From a virus (taxonomy: Duplodnaviria; Caudoviricetes), in IMG/VR virus record IMGVR_UViG_3300033145_001588, positions 1 through 58,137 of that record: a stretch of DNA of 58,137 nucleotides, one strand, 5' to 3'. Numbering within the stretch: position 1 is the first letter of the stretch; each line of letters starts with the position of its first letter. Positions 8,531 to 18,943 of the stretch are shown piece after piece. Made by a program: the position numbers and the translations under genes. The notes under the pieces are model-generated. The model was given only the letters and a program-made list of their open reading frames with translations. It had not been told where the DNA came from and searched no databases.

Positions 8531-8754
8531 TTTGTTCTTCTCCTTTTAAGTTGTCTCTTCATGTCATCACGAATTGTGAATAACTCATTCATTATTTTTT
8601 CTGTTAGATCACTGCGAGCTTCTGCTTCATCTTCCCCAGGAGCCAAGGTATAGCTACTCCCATTCATAATTTTTATATTTTCATAATTTCCTAAGTTTAT
8701 CGTGATTTCTCCAGATACCCAAATTTTATCTCCTTTTTCAATTATATTTTCCAT
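8527..8754 (-). CDS. Hypothetical protein
   Basis: TINLGNYENIKI motif common in small phage proteins; coupled to neighbours. Confidence 0.6.
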   Translation of the reverse strand: MENIIEKGDKIWVSGEITINLGNYENIKIMNGSSYTLAPGEDEAEARSDLTEKIMNELFTIRDDMKRQLKRRRTK

Positions 8755-8756
8755 CC

Positions 8757-9671
8757 TTATTCACCTCCCCTCACAATTCTATAACAGCGTAGAGTTAAAC
8801 CAGAAAATCCAGTGTCAAATAAATTCTCTTCCATCTCGTCCATTACAATTCCGGCCTTATCATTCTCTCCCTTCAATAATATACTATTACAATACCCGAG
8901 GACTGCCCGACGTATACTTTCTGGAGCTTCGTCTTTCAATCCGGAAAGGATGTTTGCTACTTTCTTCCAACCTGTTGCAGATAACAATGCCCGACATAAT
9001 TCAATTACCTGAGATTGTTGTTCTGCTGCTCGCTTTGCTAATTCCAGCCTTTTCTCTGGAGTAACTCCTAAGACTTGATCAAGGATTTGTAAGGCGTTCC
9101 TGGGGTGTCCCTGACTGTCTTGAATGATTTGCTCGTATATTTCAGGGGCAAGTATTTCCTTCTCTTTTTTCACTACTGTTCGGAGTAATCTATACATCTC
9201 CTTTTCCTTCAATGGAGTAACAGTATATTGTGAACATCGTCCTTTAATAGTGGTAAGTAATTTTTGAGGATCAGTAGTTGCCAGAATATAGTATACATGT
9301 GAAGGGGTATCCTCCAATGCCTTGAGTAGGGCATTCTGTGCGTCATTGGTAAGTTTGTGGCACTCATCTATCAACCAAACCCGACAACTACCTTCCAATG
9401 GCTTGAATTGAGATTGTTTTCTTATCTCCCGGACAGTATCAATCCCGCGGAAATCAGCGCTATCTACTTCTCGAAAATCATTCCCATTCGCTCCTAACCC
9501 CCTTGCTATGATACGTCCCAAGGTTGTTTTGCCACAGCCCGTTGGCCCGTGAAATAAGTAAACGTGACTTCTATTCTCTTTGCTCAATTCAGCTTGAAGT
9601 GCAGTCACGGTCTCTTTGTTGCCTCGAATTTCTGAGAATCCTTGCGGCCTGTATTTATGGTATAATGACAT
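8757..9671 (-). CDS. Clamp-loader subunit (DnaX gamma/tau-like AAA+)
   Basis: LYHKYRP, GPTGCGKTT, IDECHKL, NALLKALE, GRC. Confidence 0.9.
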   Translation of the reverse strand: MSLYHKYRPQGFSEIRGNKETVTALQAELSKENRSHVYLFHGPTGCGKTTLGRIIARGLGANGNDFREVDSADFRGIDTVREIRKQSQFKPLEGSCRVWLIDECHKLTNDAQNALLKALEDTPSHVYYILATTDPQKLLTTIKGRCSQYTVTPLKEKEMYRLLRTVVKKEKEILAPEIYEQIIQDSQGHPRNALQILDQVLGVTPEKRLELAKRAAEQQSQVIELCRALLSATGWKKVANILSGLKDEAPESIRRAVLGYCNSILLKGENDKAGIVMDEMEENLFDTGFSGLTLRCYRIVRGGE

Positions 9672-9691
9672 TTGTTTTTCTCCTTTGTTAT

Positions 9692-9720
9692 ATTATACTA
9701 AAAAACGTATTTTCATTTAA
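9692..9720 (-). promoter_or_regulatory. Phage-specific promoter, copy 3
   Basis: TTAAAT-N17-TATAAT; the -35 overlaps the PolA stop codon. Confidence 0.8.
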
Positions 9721-11105
9721 GGGTATGCATAAAATTTCTTTTCTGCCAGAGATTGATCAACCTCGCCTTTATCCATCTCCACTTCCAAAGGAATATTAAT
9801 CCATTCCCATTGCTGTAGCAATTCTTTCGTGGCAATTCTATGCATCTCATGGGTAACCATATCAAATTCTGCTGGATTGACATCCAATGTTACATCATCA
9901 TGTACCTGGAACACAGGAAAACTATCCCAATTCTTAGAGTAAGCAAGCCTATCCAATTCAATGAAAACTTTCAAGAGACAATGAAAAGCTGTTCCTTGGA
10001 AAGGGTAGTTAGTAACATCCTTCTTGTTCATCAATCCGGAACAACGAAAACCTGTGAACATATCTACATATCCTCTTCTCTGATAATCTTTCCATACCCT
10101 GTTTTTCCACCGTGTGTATTTTTTATATCGAATATTCCAGAAATAGTCTTCCACTTTCTTGACATGCCCCATGAATTTATCACCATTTTTTACTTCTCCT
10201 GCTCGATTGAGTTTTATAAGCCCTTTCCTCTCCAAATGGACAAGGGCGGGAGTATCGTCTTTTAGATATGCTTTTGCTGCCCATTTCAATAAGTTAGGCG
10301 CACAATTGCCATAATAATCACCGTAGAATTGCGGGAAAACAAAGCCACTCTTACCGCCTTGCCGTAGGTTCCCTTCACCTTTATGATGTTTATCCAATGA
10401 ATCTAACATATACAATTCAATTGCCATATCACGATGCATGTCACCTTTGATAGTATCATGAATTAACTGTGGATCTTCTGTGTATACACACGCCATTCGA
10501 ACTTCAATTCCTGAGAAATCCATCCCTGCAAATTGGTAACCTTTACGGGGAAAAATTGCCCCTCGTGTCACTCTCCTAGCCTGTTCATCCCGTTTTGGTA
10601 TGTTTTGGAAATTCGGGGAATCTGAACTGGAGCGGAAAGTACGTACCAAATGCAAATTGAAAGAAGGATGAATCACTCCGTTTACTTGTTCACGCATATA
10701 GGCATCTAAATATGTATCTCTAACTTTCATTAGTTTGCGTACTCGTATTATTGCGTCTAATTCAGGAATTCCGAGAGCACTAAGTGCCTCCTCATCTGTT
10801 GCCCCTCTGCCGGAGGCAGTTGTTTTTGCCGGTTTGATTTTTTTGATATCATAGAGAAGATGCGCAACTTGATAATTAGAATTGAAATTGTACTTCGCTC
10901 CATATACATGTTTCCAATGCCGTCCAAGTTTGCTTTGCTCTACTTTTTCTTTCAGATGATTTATTTTTTTGGTGAGCTTGTCTTTTTCTTTTTTGCAGTA
11001 TTCTACATCAATTCTCAATCCAGCACGCTCGGCTCGTGCGAAGGCAAGCGTGCCCTCGTGGAAAAGATCATAAGCAGATTTAGTCATGGGGTTGGTTTTA
11101 ATCAT
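9717..11105 (-). CDS. Family A DNA polymerase, polymerase domain only
   Basis: RSSSDSPNFQNIP, motif A DFSGIEVR, motif B RQGGKSGFVFPQFYG, motif C VHD. Confidence 0.9.
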   Translation of the reverse strand: MIKTNPMTKSAYDLFHEGTLAFARAERAGLRIDVEYCKKEKDKLTKKINHLKEKVEQSKLGRHWKHVYGAKYNFNSNYQVAHLLYDIKKIKPAKTTASGRGATDEEALSALGIPELDAIIRVRKLMKVRDTYLDAYMREQVNGVIHPSFNLHLVRTFRSSSDSPNFQNIPKRDEQARRVTRGAIFPRKGYQFAGMDFSGIEVRMACVYTEDPQLIHDTIKGDMHRDMAIELYMLDSLDKHHKGEGNLRQGGKSGFVFPQFYGDYYGNCAPNLLKWAAKAYLKDDTPALVHLERKGLIKLNRAGEVKNGDKFMGHVKKVEDYFWNIRYKKYTRWKNRVWKDYQRRGYVDMFTGFRCSGLMNKKDVTNYPFQGTAFHCLLKVFIELDRLAYSKNWDSFPVFQVHDDVTLDVNPAEFDMVTHEMHRIATKELLQQWEWINIPLEVEMDKGEVDQSLAEKKFYAYP

Positions 11106-11272
11106 GATATCTCCAATTTGATTTCAATTATTCTTTGACGGGCTCTTGCATTATTCACATCTTTATCAGGAAAACGTTCTATATTGATTCTTTGGATATA
11201 CGTTCCCGTCGATTCCTCATGTGTAGTTAGTATAGACAGTAGATCTTCTACGAATTTTTCTGTTGGATTCAT
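11102..11272 (-). CDS. 56-aa hypothetical protein between the two polymerase halves
   Basis: MNPTEKFVEDLL...; ATGA overlaps with both neighbours. Confidence 0.6.
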   Translation of the reverse strand: MNPTEKFVEDLLSILTTHEESTGTYIQRINIERFPDKDVNNARARQRIIEIKLEIS

Positions 11273-12486
11273 ATTCCCATCTCCTCTCTTTGTTGCATTG
11301 CCAATCTATATGTATATAATGAATCAAGCGCGCAATATGTCAGGAGTTTTTCCTTTCCTCCAGGTTTCTCTATCAATTCCAATACTTTGTTAAGCGAATT
11401 TGCATTCTTTGATTCTACTCCTTTCAAGTAAGGGGAGATTTCACTATCATAATCAATAATACCTTGCTGCACATACGTCTGAAATTTTAGGGAATTTACT
11501 CCTGGTCTATTATCAAGGATATGTGCTGCCAACATTGAATCCCAGAACCACCCTTGTACAGTTTGACGCAGTCTGATGGCACTCCAGGTATCTTCAAATT
11601 TAATGTTATGCGCTATCTTTTTGATATTGGGATTGCTCAGCATCCCAGTAAATTTTCTTCTACCGGTAAGAGAAGAAGGCATCATAAAAGCATATACCTC
11701 ATTCTCATTGTATGCAATAGAAGCGCAAACAATTCGATGTCCTTTCGCATGCGGTTTTATTCCCGTTGTTTCGTAATCAAATGCTACTAAAGTAGGAAAT
11801 GTGGGCAAATCAGATGGACTGTCTATAATATGAATACACTCTTCCGCTGTCTTGTATGCTGGAAAAGGTTCTTCCAACATTGAAAAAGCTCTGGATAAAT
11901 CTTGTTTCCATATTGTATTGGCTTCATCCGTACTGAGTCTTTCAATGTAAGAAGGATGGAAAGTAGGACATAACCAACCTTGCGCATCTAAATCTGGAAT
12001 AGCCCAACCACGCCACTTAGTAATCCCACCGAAATTCTTTTTCCACCGGTGCCCAATCAACGAAGTGATTGCTGCATTTCCTAAGGCAACTACAACTTTT
12101 GGTTTCTTCTCCTCTATGACTTTCCACACCCGGGAACGACAGCAAGCTATTTCATAATCAGTTGGGGCTCTGTTATTTCCTTTCTTATCCATTGGTCGGC
12201 AATTCGCCGAGTTAATATTCAAGCAATCTTCAAAGAGATCAATCCCGAGTTCCTTGTACGTCCGTTGTAATAACCGGCCTACTTTTCCTTGCCATTGTTT
12301 ACCACGGGCGTCCTCCGTTTCACCTGGCGCTTCTCCTACATTAAGAATTCCCTTTTTGAAGTTCCCGAAGGGTTCCATGCGAGGTGATTTGGCATGCTGA
12401 TAAAGACCACAGGCAGCACAAGAAACGGGCTTGCCTTTTACACGATTAATGTTTTCCTTCTTAGGGAGATCAAAGAATCCTCTCAT
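11269..12486 (-). CDS. Uracil-DNA glycosylase (family 4-like) fused to a 3'-5' exonuclease
   Basis: CAACGL, GEAPG, CRP..NRAPT, TFHPS; ExoI DYETTG, ExoII HNIKFE, ExoIII YCALD. Confidence 0.88.
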   Translation of the reverse strand: MRGFFDLPKKENINRVKGKPVSCAACGLYQHAKSPRMEPFGNFKKGILNVGEAPGETEDARGKQWQGKVGRLLQRTYKELGIDLFEDCLNINSANCRPMDKKGNNRAPTDYEIACCRSRVWKVIEEKKPKVVVALGNAAITSLIGHRWKKNFGGITKWRGWAIPDLDAQGWLCPTFHPSYIERLSTDEANTIWKQDLSRAFSMLEEPFPAYKTAEECIHIIDSPSDLPTFPTLVAFDYETTGIKPHAKGHRIVCASIAYNENEVYAFMMPSSLTGRRKFTGMLSNPNIKKIAHNIKFEDTWSAIRLRQTVQGWFWDSMLAAHILDNRPGVNSLKFQTYVQQGIIDYDSEISPYLKGVESKNANSLNKVLELIEKPGGKEKLLTYCALDSLYTYRLAMQQREEMGI

Positions 12487-13508
12487 GCCTCTTCCTCTTT
12501 TCCTGTGGTTAACGCCATCACATGTTCCCAATTTTCCCCTATAAATTTAAGCCGATCTTTTTCAAGATAACTGGTTCGAATTTCTTCACAGATTTCTCGT
12601 AAGAATAATGGATGGGCTTGAAACGAGACAGGTTCCCCGGAATAACGAGCGTTGATTTCTTCTTCAAACCACCCGGATTCTCCTTCTGCCCGGATATATG
12701 TTTTTTTACTACCAAGACGAATAGATACTACTTCATCCAGAAGGAATTCCTTTTTTGAAAACACTGAAGCTTTCTCCAAGATTTCTTTTATTCTTTTTGG
12801 AAAGACAATTTTCTCCCCTTGCATTTGAAGAATAGGAGTTAAGTCCGGGTATTTCTCTTCTAAGATACGGCAACTGAAAATGGTTTTATCCTCCATCTTA
12901 AAATGAAGCCATCCTTTACTTTTGGCAACATTCTTGATATTATATCGTATAAGTTTCTCAACGATCCGACCAGGGATTAACATGTCATTGATAGGTAGAG
13001 TTACCCCTAACGAATATTGAGTGCCTCTAACATTATCACAAGATTCAATTATTCCATCTTTTTGCAGATGAATACAAGTAAGAACAGGACGACTCATATC
13101 ATTTGAGCAAGAGAAAAGACAAAATTGCATTGCTGTAGAAAGATTGTCAGGGAGTTCCTTCCAAGCGGATAATTCTTCTGTATTCATCAGTGGAAGGGTT
13201 ATCTCCTTCTGAAGAGAGAAACCGGCCTTTGCTTTTTCACTTTGGATAAGTACTTCTGTTCCAGTAATCTCGATTTCAAGCTCCTCCCCAGTTAATTTGC
13301 TAAGTAATTTGTATAGCTCTTCAGCCTTGATAGCGCCAGTAATATCAAGATTTTTCACTGGATGTGAAATAGAAATTTCATCATTGTAAGTAACAATCCT
13401 TCCATTGACAAACGCAAAGGAAGTTGATTGCTCAATCATTTCCTTGCTGGCTAATCCCGGCCGGACTACTTCTAACGCCTTTACCAATTCTTGCCTATTG
13501 ATTTTCAT
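12483..13508 (-). CDS. Sliding clamp (DNA Pol III beta-like)
   Basis: About 340 aa; SNDMSRPVLTCI and KYPD motifs typical of beta clamps; near the clamp loader. Confidence 0.75.
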   Translation of the reverse strand: MKINRQELVKALEVVRPGLASKEMIEQSTSFAFVNGRIVTYNDEISISHPVKNLDITGAIKAEELYKLLSKLTGEELEIEITGTEVLIQSEKAKAGFSLQKEITLPLMNTEELSAWKELPDNLSTAMQFCLFSCSNDMSRPVLTCIHLQKDGIIESCDNVRGTQYSLGVTLPINDMLIPGRIVEKLIRYNIKNVAKSKGWLHFKMEDKTIFSCRILEEKYPDLTPILQMQGEKIVFPKRIKEILEKASVFSKKEFLLDEVVSIRLGSKKTYIRAEGESGWFEEEINARYSGEPVSFQAHPLFLREICEEIRTSYLEKDRLKFIGENWEHVMALTTGKEEEA

Positions 13509-13527
13509 TGAGTAAACTCCTTTTTGA

Positions 13528-14505
13528 TCATATGAATCCAAAATTTGTACGTGGAATATATTCGGTTTTTGCTTTGCATTCGTTTAACCAACCCTCCAAA
13601 CCAAGTAGATATCGCACATTTATCAACGCTCGACATTGCCATGTTTGCAGTGCATCATATGCATACCCATCTTCCTCAAGTTTCTGTAAGAGGAGAGGTT
13701 GCATGTGTTTCACTCCTTTCCCTGCTGTCCGTGCAGAAACATTGAATGTGGAAGGAGGGCATTCATAATCCGGATTCGTAAAACCTCCTTTTGGGTAATT
13801 GATATTTCCCATCCCCGCCGCAATTCGCCACGACGCAGCATCACAACTTGTCCATGGAAACGTTCTCAGTGTGGTGTAGTTCGTTACAGCAAATCCATGC
13901 GTGTCAACGGCAGTTCCTTCTTTGTGAAGGTATTCAAATACTGTTTCTATCCATCGAATGCGTGTTGTTGACGGCATATCATTCGCAGGGGAAATTCCGA
14001 TATAAGGGAGGTACTCAAGCATCTTATCAAGCCATCGGAAGCTTTCTCCTTGATGAAATACATGAATAGGTGTTATTCCTTCCTTAAGCATTCTTCGCAT
14101 ATTCTTGTATCCTTCACGAGCAGCTTTTTCAATCAAATCGAGATTTTCTTGTTTTCGATTACTATTCAAAGCATGCGTCTCTCCCACACGACCTGGAATG
14201 ACATCGAGATTAACAATATACATCTTCTGATTTTTGAAGATTGCAATTTTCTTGAGTACCTCATGTGCATACTGAATATACGTTTGCAGATCAATTTGTT
14301 TCCCTTTATTCCAAGCTGTGAAAGCACCCGAATCTACCATGATACACCCATCAGCATCGAGGGGAAGACTATTTACCCAACCTTCAAATTGTGCAGGATA
14401 CACGTATGAAACAAGCTTATTTTTTACACCTGCTTCAATCAAGTTTATTTCACCTTCTCCTCCTCCTGACCATGGTGCAGCAAAGTATAGTTTAATCGGT
14501 TTCAT
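13528..14505 (-). CDS. dpdA: DpdA-like 7-deazaguanine DNA transglycosylase (TGT fold)
   Basis: MVDSGAFTAW, NLDVIP, HVFHQGE, HGFA, SCDAASW; adjacent to que genes. Confidence 0.75.
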   Translation of the reverse strand: MKPIKLYFAAPWSGGGEGEINLIEAGVKNKLVSYVYPAQFEGWVNSLPLDADGCIMVDSGAFTAWNKGKQIDLQTYIQYAHEVLKKIAIFKNQKMYIVNLDVIPGRVGETHALNSNRKQENLDLIEKAAREGYKNMRRMLKEGITPIHVFHQGESFRWLDKMLEYLPYIGISPANDMPSTTRIRWIETVFEYLHKEGTAVDTHGFAVTNYTTLRTFPWTSCDAASWRIAAGMGNINYPKGGFTNPDYECPPSTFNVSARTAGKGVKHMQPLLLQKLEEDGYAYDALQTWQCRALINVRYLLGLEGWLNECKAKTEYIPRTNFGFI

Positions 14506-15274
14506 ATTCTGCCTCCACGTTGATATGTGTTCCTCCACGAACATTGAATTCTCCTATTACTTTCATCCATCTGGGGGAACAAATTGCAACACAATCTTCC
14601 AAAATTCTATTTGTGATAGTTTCCATGAAAGAACCATACTGGCGAAAAGAAAGAAAATATAATTTCAAACTCTTCGTCTCAATACAGAGTTCATCTGGAA
14701 TGTATATAATCTTGATAATAGCGAAATCGGGCTGGCCCGTTCGAGGGCAGAGACTTGTGAATTCATCAAAGATAAATTCCGTCTTGTAATCTCGATGCGG
14801 ATATTGATTTTGAAAAGTTTCAAGAACACCCTTTGAGGGTGCTTCATATTGATACTGTGTTTTATTTGATCCAAGACTTTTCAAATGTTTTACCACATCC
14901 CTTTTCTCTTTCTTCTTTGTATTTGTATTACTCTGTTTTTTATGCGCCTTATATTTTTTTCCTTTGCAAGAATATTCCCAGTAATGATTATAAAACCACC
15001 GCCTATCTCTCTCTTCAAAAGCCCGTACAATTCGGTATTCACCTCTTTTTGAGGTTCTCTCAAACACTCTACCTACAAGTGTGCGAATACCGTCACAAAG
15101 TGCAGTTGCATCACTCACGCAATTATTTGGGTATTTCTTGTTGTGCTCACGTACCAACTTGGTTTTGACATATCTCAGAGAAAAGGTTTCCCCTTCATCA
15201 TATTCTCTCGTAAAGAAAGTAGATACTATCGTGTATACTCTCCGCATAGATTCTGTATTTTTTACAGTCATCAC
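14492..15274 (-). CDS. queF: PreQ0 reductase QueF with a ~130-aa N-terminal extension
   Basis: EFTSLCPRTGQPDFA, QueF motif ETKSLKLYF, FNVRGG. Confidence 0.88.
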   Translation of the reverse strand: MMTVKNTESMRRVYTIVSTFFTREYDEGETFSLRYVKTKLVREHNKKYPNNCVSDATALCDGIRTLVGRVFERTSKRGEYRIVRAFEERDRRWFYNHYWEYSCKGKKYKAHKKQSNTNTKKKEKRDVVKHLKSLGSNKTQYQYEAPSKGVLETFQNQYPHRDYKTEFIFDEFTSLCPRTGQPDFAIIKIIYIPDELCIETKSLKLYFLSFRQYGSFMETITNRILEDCVAICSPRWMKVIGEFNVRGGTHINVEAEYETD

Positions 15275-15301
15275 TTCACCTCCTTGTTATTATTTGTTTT
15301 G

Positions 15302-15949
15302 TTATGGTGTTAGAATTATCTTCTCTGTTAACGCTCCCGATTTTTCAAGAATAGTAAGAATGGATGGTATGTACGTGTTTTCAATTCCTGCGTATGACAT
15401 CCAAATCTCTAACCGTAAAAGCTTCCTCTTCACTTCTGCAACAGAATGTAGAGACGGAGGTGTCATTACACAACGTGCCCCTTTTGTGTTATCAATCTTT
15501 GTCAATGCCCATGCCCTCCCAAATAACTTCTGTGTGAGAATGTTTGGCGTTTCCTTATCTCGAAAAATGAGAGGGCGGATGAGTTCGAAATCACAAGAGA
15601 AAGGTTGTTTCCCATGGATTTTGCACCTTCCATCTATGTGAGATGCGTACATGCACCATTTTGAAGTATTTTCATTTTGAAAATCAGTGAACACAGTGAC
15701 TGCCTTTCCATTGATATAGATTTCACGACGTGTAAGTGGGATAGGAGGCACTTCTTCAAGAGGAATGTAATCAAGGGAAAACACAAGGCAACACGCAGCA
15801 CAATTTGAGGGGCAGGTAAAACCTCGTAAGAGCAATGGAGAAATATGTAATTTCTTAGGGACATATGTTTTCTTCTTGTATGTGAATTCCTCTTTTGTTA
15901 GGACAGAAAAATATCTCCCTACTATCTTATCTATAGAATCTATGTTCAT
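15302..15949 (-). CDS. Cys-cluster metalloprotein (CxxxCxxCC), candidate DpdM-like base-modifying enzyme
   Basis: CPSNCAACC plus WC...GRCKIH...PFSC; sits between folE and queF. Confidence 0.55.
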   Translation of the reverse strand: MNIDSIDKIVGRYFSVLTKEEFTYKKKTYVPKKLHISPLLLRGFTCPSNCAACCLVFSLDYIPLEEVPPIPLTRREIYINGKAVTVFTDFQNENTSKWCMYASHIDGRCKIHGKQPFSCDFELIRPLIFRDKETPNILTQKLFGRAWALTKIDNTKGARCVMTPPSLHSVAEVKRKLLRLEIWMSYAGIENTYIPSILTILEKSGALTEKIILTP

Positions 15950-15964
15950 CTTGTTTTCCTTTTT

Positions 15965-16519
15965 CTATGAATTGATGAGCCCCATTAACTCCGTCCTCGT
16001 GGCAATTTCATCTAAGAAAGCACCTTTCAAACTTGATGTAAACATGACTGAATTCTGTTTGGAACACCCTCTCATTCGCATACACATGTGTTGTGCTTCA
16101 ATGATGCAGGCTGCACCTTTTGGTTGTAGTATTTCCATCAAAGTGGAAGTAACTTGTTCTCCTATCCTCTCTTGAATTTGGAGCCTTCGTGCATATATAT
16201 CTACTAACCGTGCAAGCTTACTGATTCCTATCACCCTCTTGTTAGGAATGTATGCAACGTGCGCCTTGCCGAAAAAAGGGAGAATGTGGTGCTCACACAT
16301 AGAATATAGTTCAATATCCTTGAGGAGTACAATCTGGTCATACCCGTCAGAAGCGAAGGTAGTAAGTAATGTAGAAGGATCTTCAGAATACCCGGAAAAC
16401 AATTCTTCACATGCTCTGATAATACGTTGTGGAGTTTCTTTCAACCCTTCTCTATCTGGATCTTCACCTATGTATTGAAGTAAGTGTGTTATACTTTCTG
16501 CTATGATGTCTTTTTTCAT
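15965..16519 (-). CDS. folE: GTP cyclohydrolase I
   Basis: [38 protein letters not shown]. Confidence 0.95.
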   Translation of the reverse strand: MKKDIIAESITHLLQYIGEDPDREGLKETPQRIIRACEELFSGYSEDPSTLLTTFASDGYDQIVLLKDIELYSMCEHHILPFFGKAHVAYIPNKRVIGISKLARLVDIYARRLQIQERIGEQVTSTLMEILQPKGAACIIEAQHMCMRMRGCSKQNSVMFTSSLKGAFLDEIATRTELMGLINS

Positions 16520-16554
16520 GTGACCTCCTTCGTGATGTTGAGAAGTCCCCTTCT

Positions 16555-17220
16555 CTAATCTTTAGCATATTCCGCGGGATCTTGTGTGTTATTCAAACGG
16601 AAGGCTTCAAGTCTTTCCCGGCAAGCACCACAAACCTCACAAGCAAGTTCCTGTGATTTGTAACAAGTACGTGTCAGATGGAAAGGCACATTATGCTCCA
16701 ATCCCCATTTGACAATCCCTGTTTTATCTGTTTTTATGAAAGGCGCTAACGTTTGTACTTTGCCTCCTGTCGCTAAGAAAATAGCAAGATCAACCGCTTT
16801 GTAGAACTCAATCCTACAATCAGGGTAAATGGCGTGATCCCCTTGATGCGCTCCGAAAGCGATTGCATCTGCCCCTTGAGATTCTGCAATCCCCGCCAGA
16901 ATAGATAAGAAAATCATATTCCTGGCAGGGACAACTGTTTGTGACATTGATTTATCTTCGTAAGATCCTTCAGGAATAGCACCTCCTGTTAAAAGAAGAT
17001 TTGATTTAAACAAGTTCATCATCTCTGAAAGATTGATAAAAGATAAATCATTTTCCAATCCATAATATGCTGACACTCGTTTTGCAGCCTCATTTTCATA
17101 TTTATTGTGTTTACTTGCATAGTAAAAACTAACGGGCATCACCTCATATTTCTGGGCAAGTGCCCACGCCAATACCGTAGTGGAATCTACCCCACCTGAC
17201 AATGATATAATCACTTTCAT
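16555..17220 (-). CDS. queC: 7-cyano-7-deazaguanine synthase
   Basis: [29 protein letters not shown]. Confidence 0.95.
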   Translation of the reverse strand: MKVIISLSGGVDSTTVLAWALAQKYEVMPVSFYYASKHNKYENEAAKRVSAYYGLENDLSFINLSEMMNLFKSNLLLTGGAIPEGSYEDKSMSQTVVPARNMIFLSILAGIAESQGADAIAFGAHQGDHAIYPDCRIEFYKAVDLAIFLATGGKVQTLAPFIKTDKTGIVKWGLEHNVPFHLTRTCYKSQELACEVCGACRERLEAFRLNNTQDPAEYAKD

Positions 17221-17254
17221 ATACATACACCTCTTCCATGATTCTCTCTTAGTT

Positions 17255-18199
17255 TTAGAAGGAGAGGGTCCCATCCTTTCTTTGTTTCACCAATTTATCA
17301 AATTTGTTGTACTTAGGATTTTTACTATCTGTAATCATTGTTCCCCATGCATCTCTTGAAGAAGAAGGAAACTCTTTCATTCCTTTTTCTATCATTTCTT
17401 TGCGAGAATATTTCCCTTCTTCAAGTAGAGAGAGGAGAAACAAAGTTCTTTCACCAAATCTTCTTCCCTTGGAACTATCTTTCTTATCAGTACTCTCCTT
17501 TTTCTCCTCTTGAACACCTTCTTTTTTATCATCCACACTTTCATCTTTCTGAGAATCTTTCTCATTCTTGACTTCTTTCTTTTCCTTTGTAACTCCAGCA
17601 ATCACTGATAATGTATCATCAGTAAGATCGTCCAACTCTGGGTCAACCAATTTTGCTGCTTCTTTGATCAATACAATTAGTTTCTCCGGTTTCTCCTTAG
17701 TATTAATCTGTGGATCAAGGCCAAGTACCTCATTCAATTCTTTTGCTGCTTTTACCAACGCACTCCTTTTCATAATACTCTCCTCCATTTTTCTTAAATC
17801 TTGTTTGGGGTATATTCTATGCTTAATAGATTCATACTCACTATTTCCTCTTAACTTATCGCCCCATCTGTTCGAGAAGCCAAAACCATGGAGGCGACCG
17901 AGGCCTTCTGCCACAAGTATTTTTTCATAGAATGCTTCCAATAGTCTTCTACGGCTATTTGGTAGCTTTGTATTCTTCTCATTCCGATTGATGTATCTTG
18001 TTAATGCTGCCCGTTCGCCTCCTTTCTTATCTTCCCGTTCTACCTTTGCCATTTCAAGAGAAAGTTCTGTCACCACACGATAAAGTTCTTGCAATGCTTC
18101 TGTAGAACGGAATTTTAAATCAGGTAATGCTTCAAGAACAATGGCCGGAAGTTTGCAAGGGTCATTATCAATTTTGACTCCGTTTAATTTCCAAACCAT
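17255..18199 (-). CDS. Hypothetical protein with a charged linker and possible C-terminal DNA-binding domain
   Basis: GGAGG RBS after a promoter; possible internal start at MKRSALVK. Confidence 0.6.
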   Translation of the reverse strand: MVWKLNGVKIDNDPCKLPAIVLEALPDLKFRSTEALQELYRVVTELSLEMAKVEREDKKGGERAALTRYINRNEKNTKLPNSRRRLLEAFYEKILVAEGLGRLHGFGFSNRWGDKLRGNSEYESIKHRIYPKQDLRKMEESIMKRSALVKAAKELNEVLGLDPQINTKEKPEKLIVLIKEAAKLVDPELDDLTDDTLSVIAGVTKEKKEVKNEKDSQKDESVDDKKEGVQEEKKESTDKKDSSKGRRFGERTLFLLSLLEEGKYSRKEMIEKGMKEFPSSSRDAWGTMITDSKNPKYNKFDKLVKQRKDGTLSF

Positions 18200-18219
18200 T
18201 TTCTATCCTCCTTTGTTAT

Positions 18220-18248
18220 ATTATACTGAAAAACCTATTTTCATTTAA
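18220..18248 (-). promoter_or_regulatory. Phage-specific promoter, copy 4
   Basis: TTAAAT-N17-TATAAT; the -35 overlaps the queE stop codon. Confidence 0.8.
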
Positions 18249-18943
18249 GGTAAATTAGCGAGTTTATGTAATTGGACAGAAAATATCACGTAATCCAATA
18301 GCATAGAATATACTTGTTCTATATCCTGAACAATATCTGGAATCATCATTCCCTTGGCATTTATTGGACTGATAATAAAATTCTGATTCTTGGGGAATTC
18401 ACTACGTAGCATCAATTTTTTACAAATGCTAATCGCCTGAGAAAGATCCTCCTTATTAGCAACAACAAATTTTAAGTAATTGTGAATTGAACTACGTAGA
18501 ATATCAGCGAATACTGATAAACTAAGCATTTTATCAGTCATTCCAGATGAAGCCAATTTGTAATCTACTACCCAACTTACACGTGAATTCTGCGTGGTTA
18601 AATTAGGAGGACAAATACTTCCGTTTGTTTCTATCTGTATTTGACAATCAGTATACGTAAGGAGATAAGCAATTAAAGAATTTAAAGCTCCTTTTTGCAT
18701 CAAGGGTTCTCCTCCGGTAATGAGGATATGTCGTTGAAAAATACGACTGGATATCTCTCGTAGTGTCATCCATCTGCCTTCTTCTTTGTTTTGTGCCTGT
18801 GAGGTATCGCAATAATTACAAGGTTTCGGAAAGAAATTACACCCTTGTAAACGAATGAATGTGCACCAAGTCCCTTGTGGAAAGAAACCAGCTTCCCCGG
18901 ATATAGATTCAAAAATAGAATGCACCTTCAGTTTGTTTTTCAT
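18245..18943 (-). CDS. queE: 7-carboxy-7-deazaguanine synthase (radical SAM)
   Basis: IFESISGE, FIRLQGCN...CNYCDT, ITGGEP, IETNG, QLHK. Confidence 0.92.
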   Translation of the reverse strand: MKNKLKVHSIFESISGEAGFFPQGTWCTFIRLQGCNFFPKPCNYCDTSQAQNKEEGRWMTLREISSRIFQRHILITGGEPLMQKGALNSLIAYLLTYTDCQIQIETNGSICPPNLTTQNSRVSWVVDYKLASSGMTDKMLSLSVFADILRSSIHNYLKFVVANKEDLSQAISICKKLMLRSEFPKNQNFIISPINAKGMMIPDIVQDIEQVYSMLLDYVIFSVQLHKLANLP

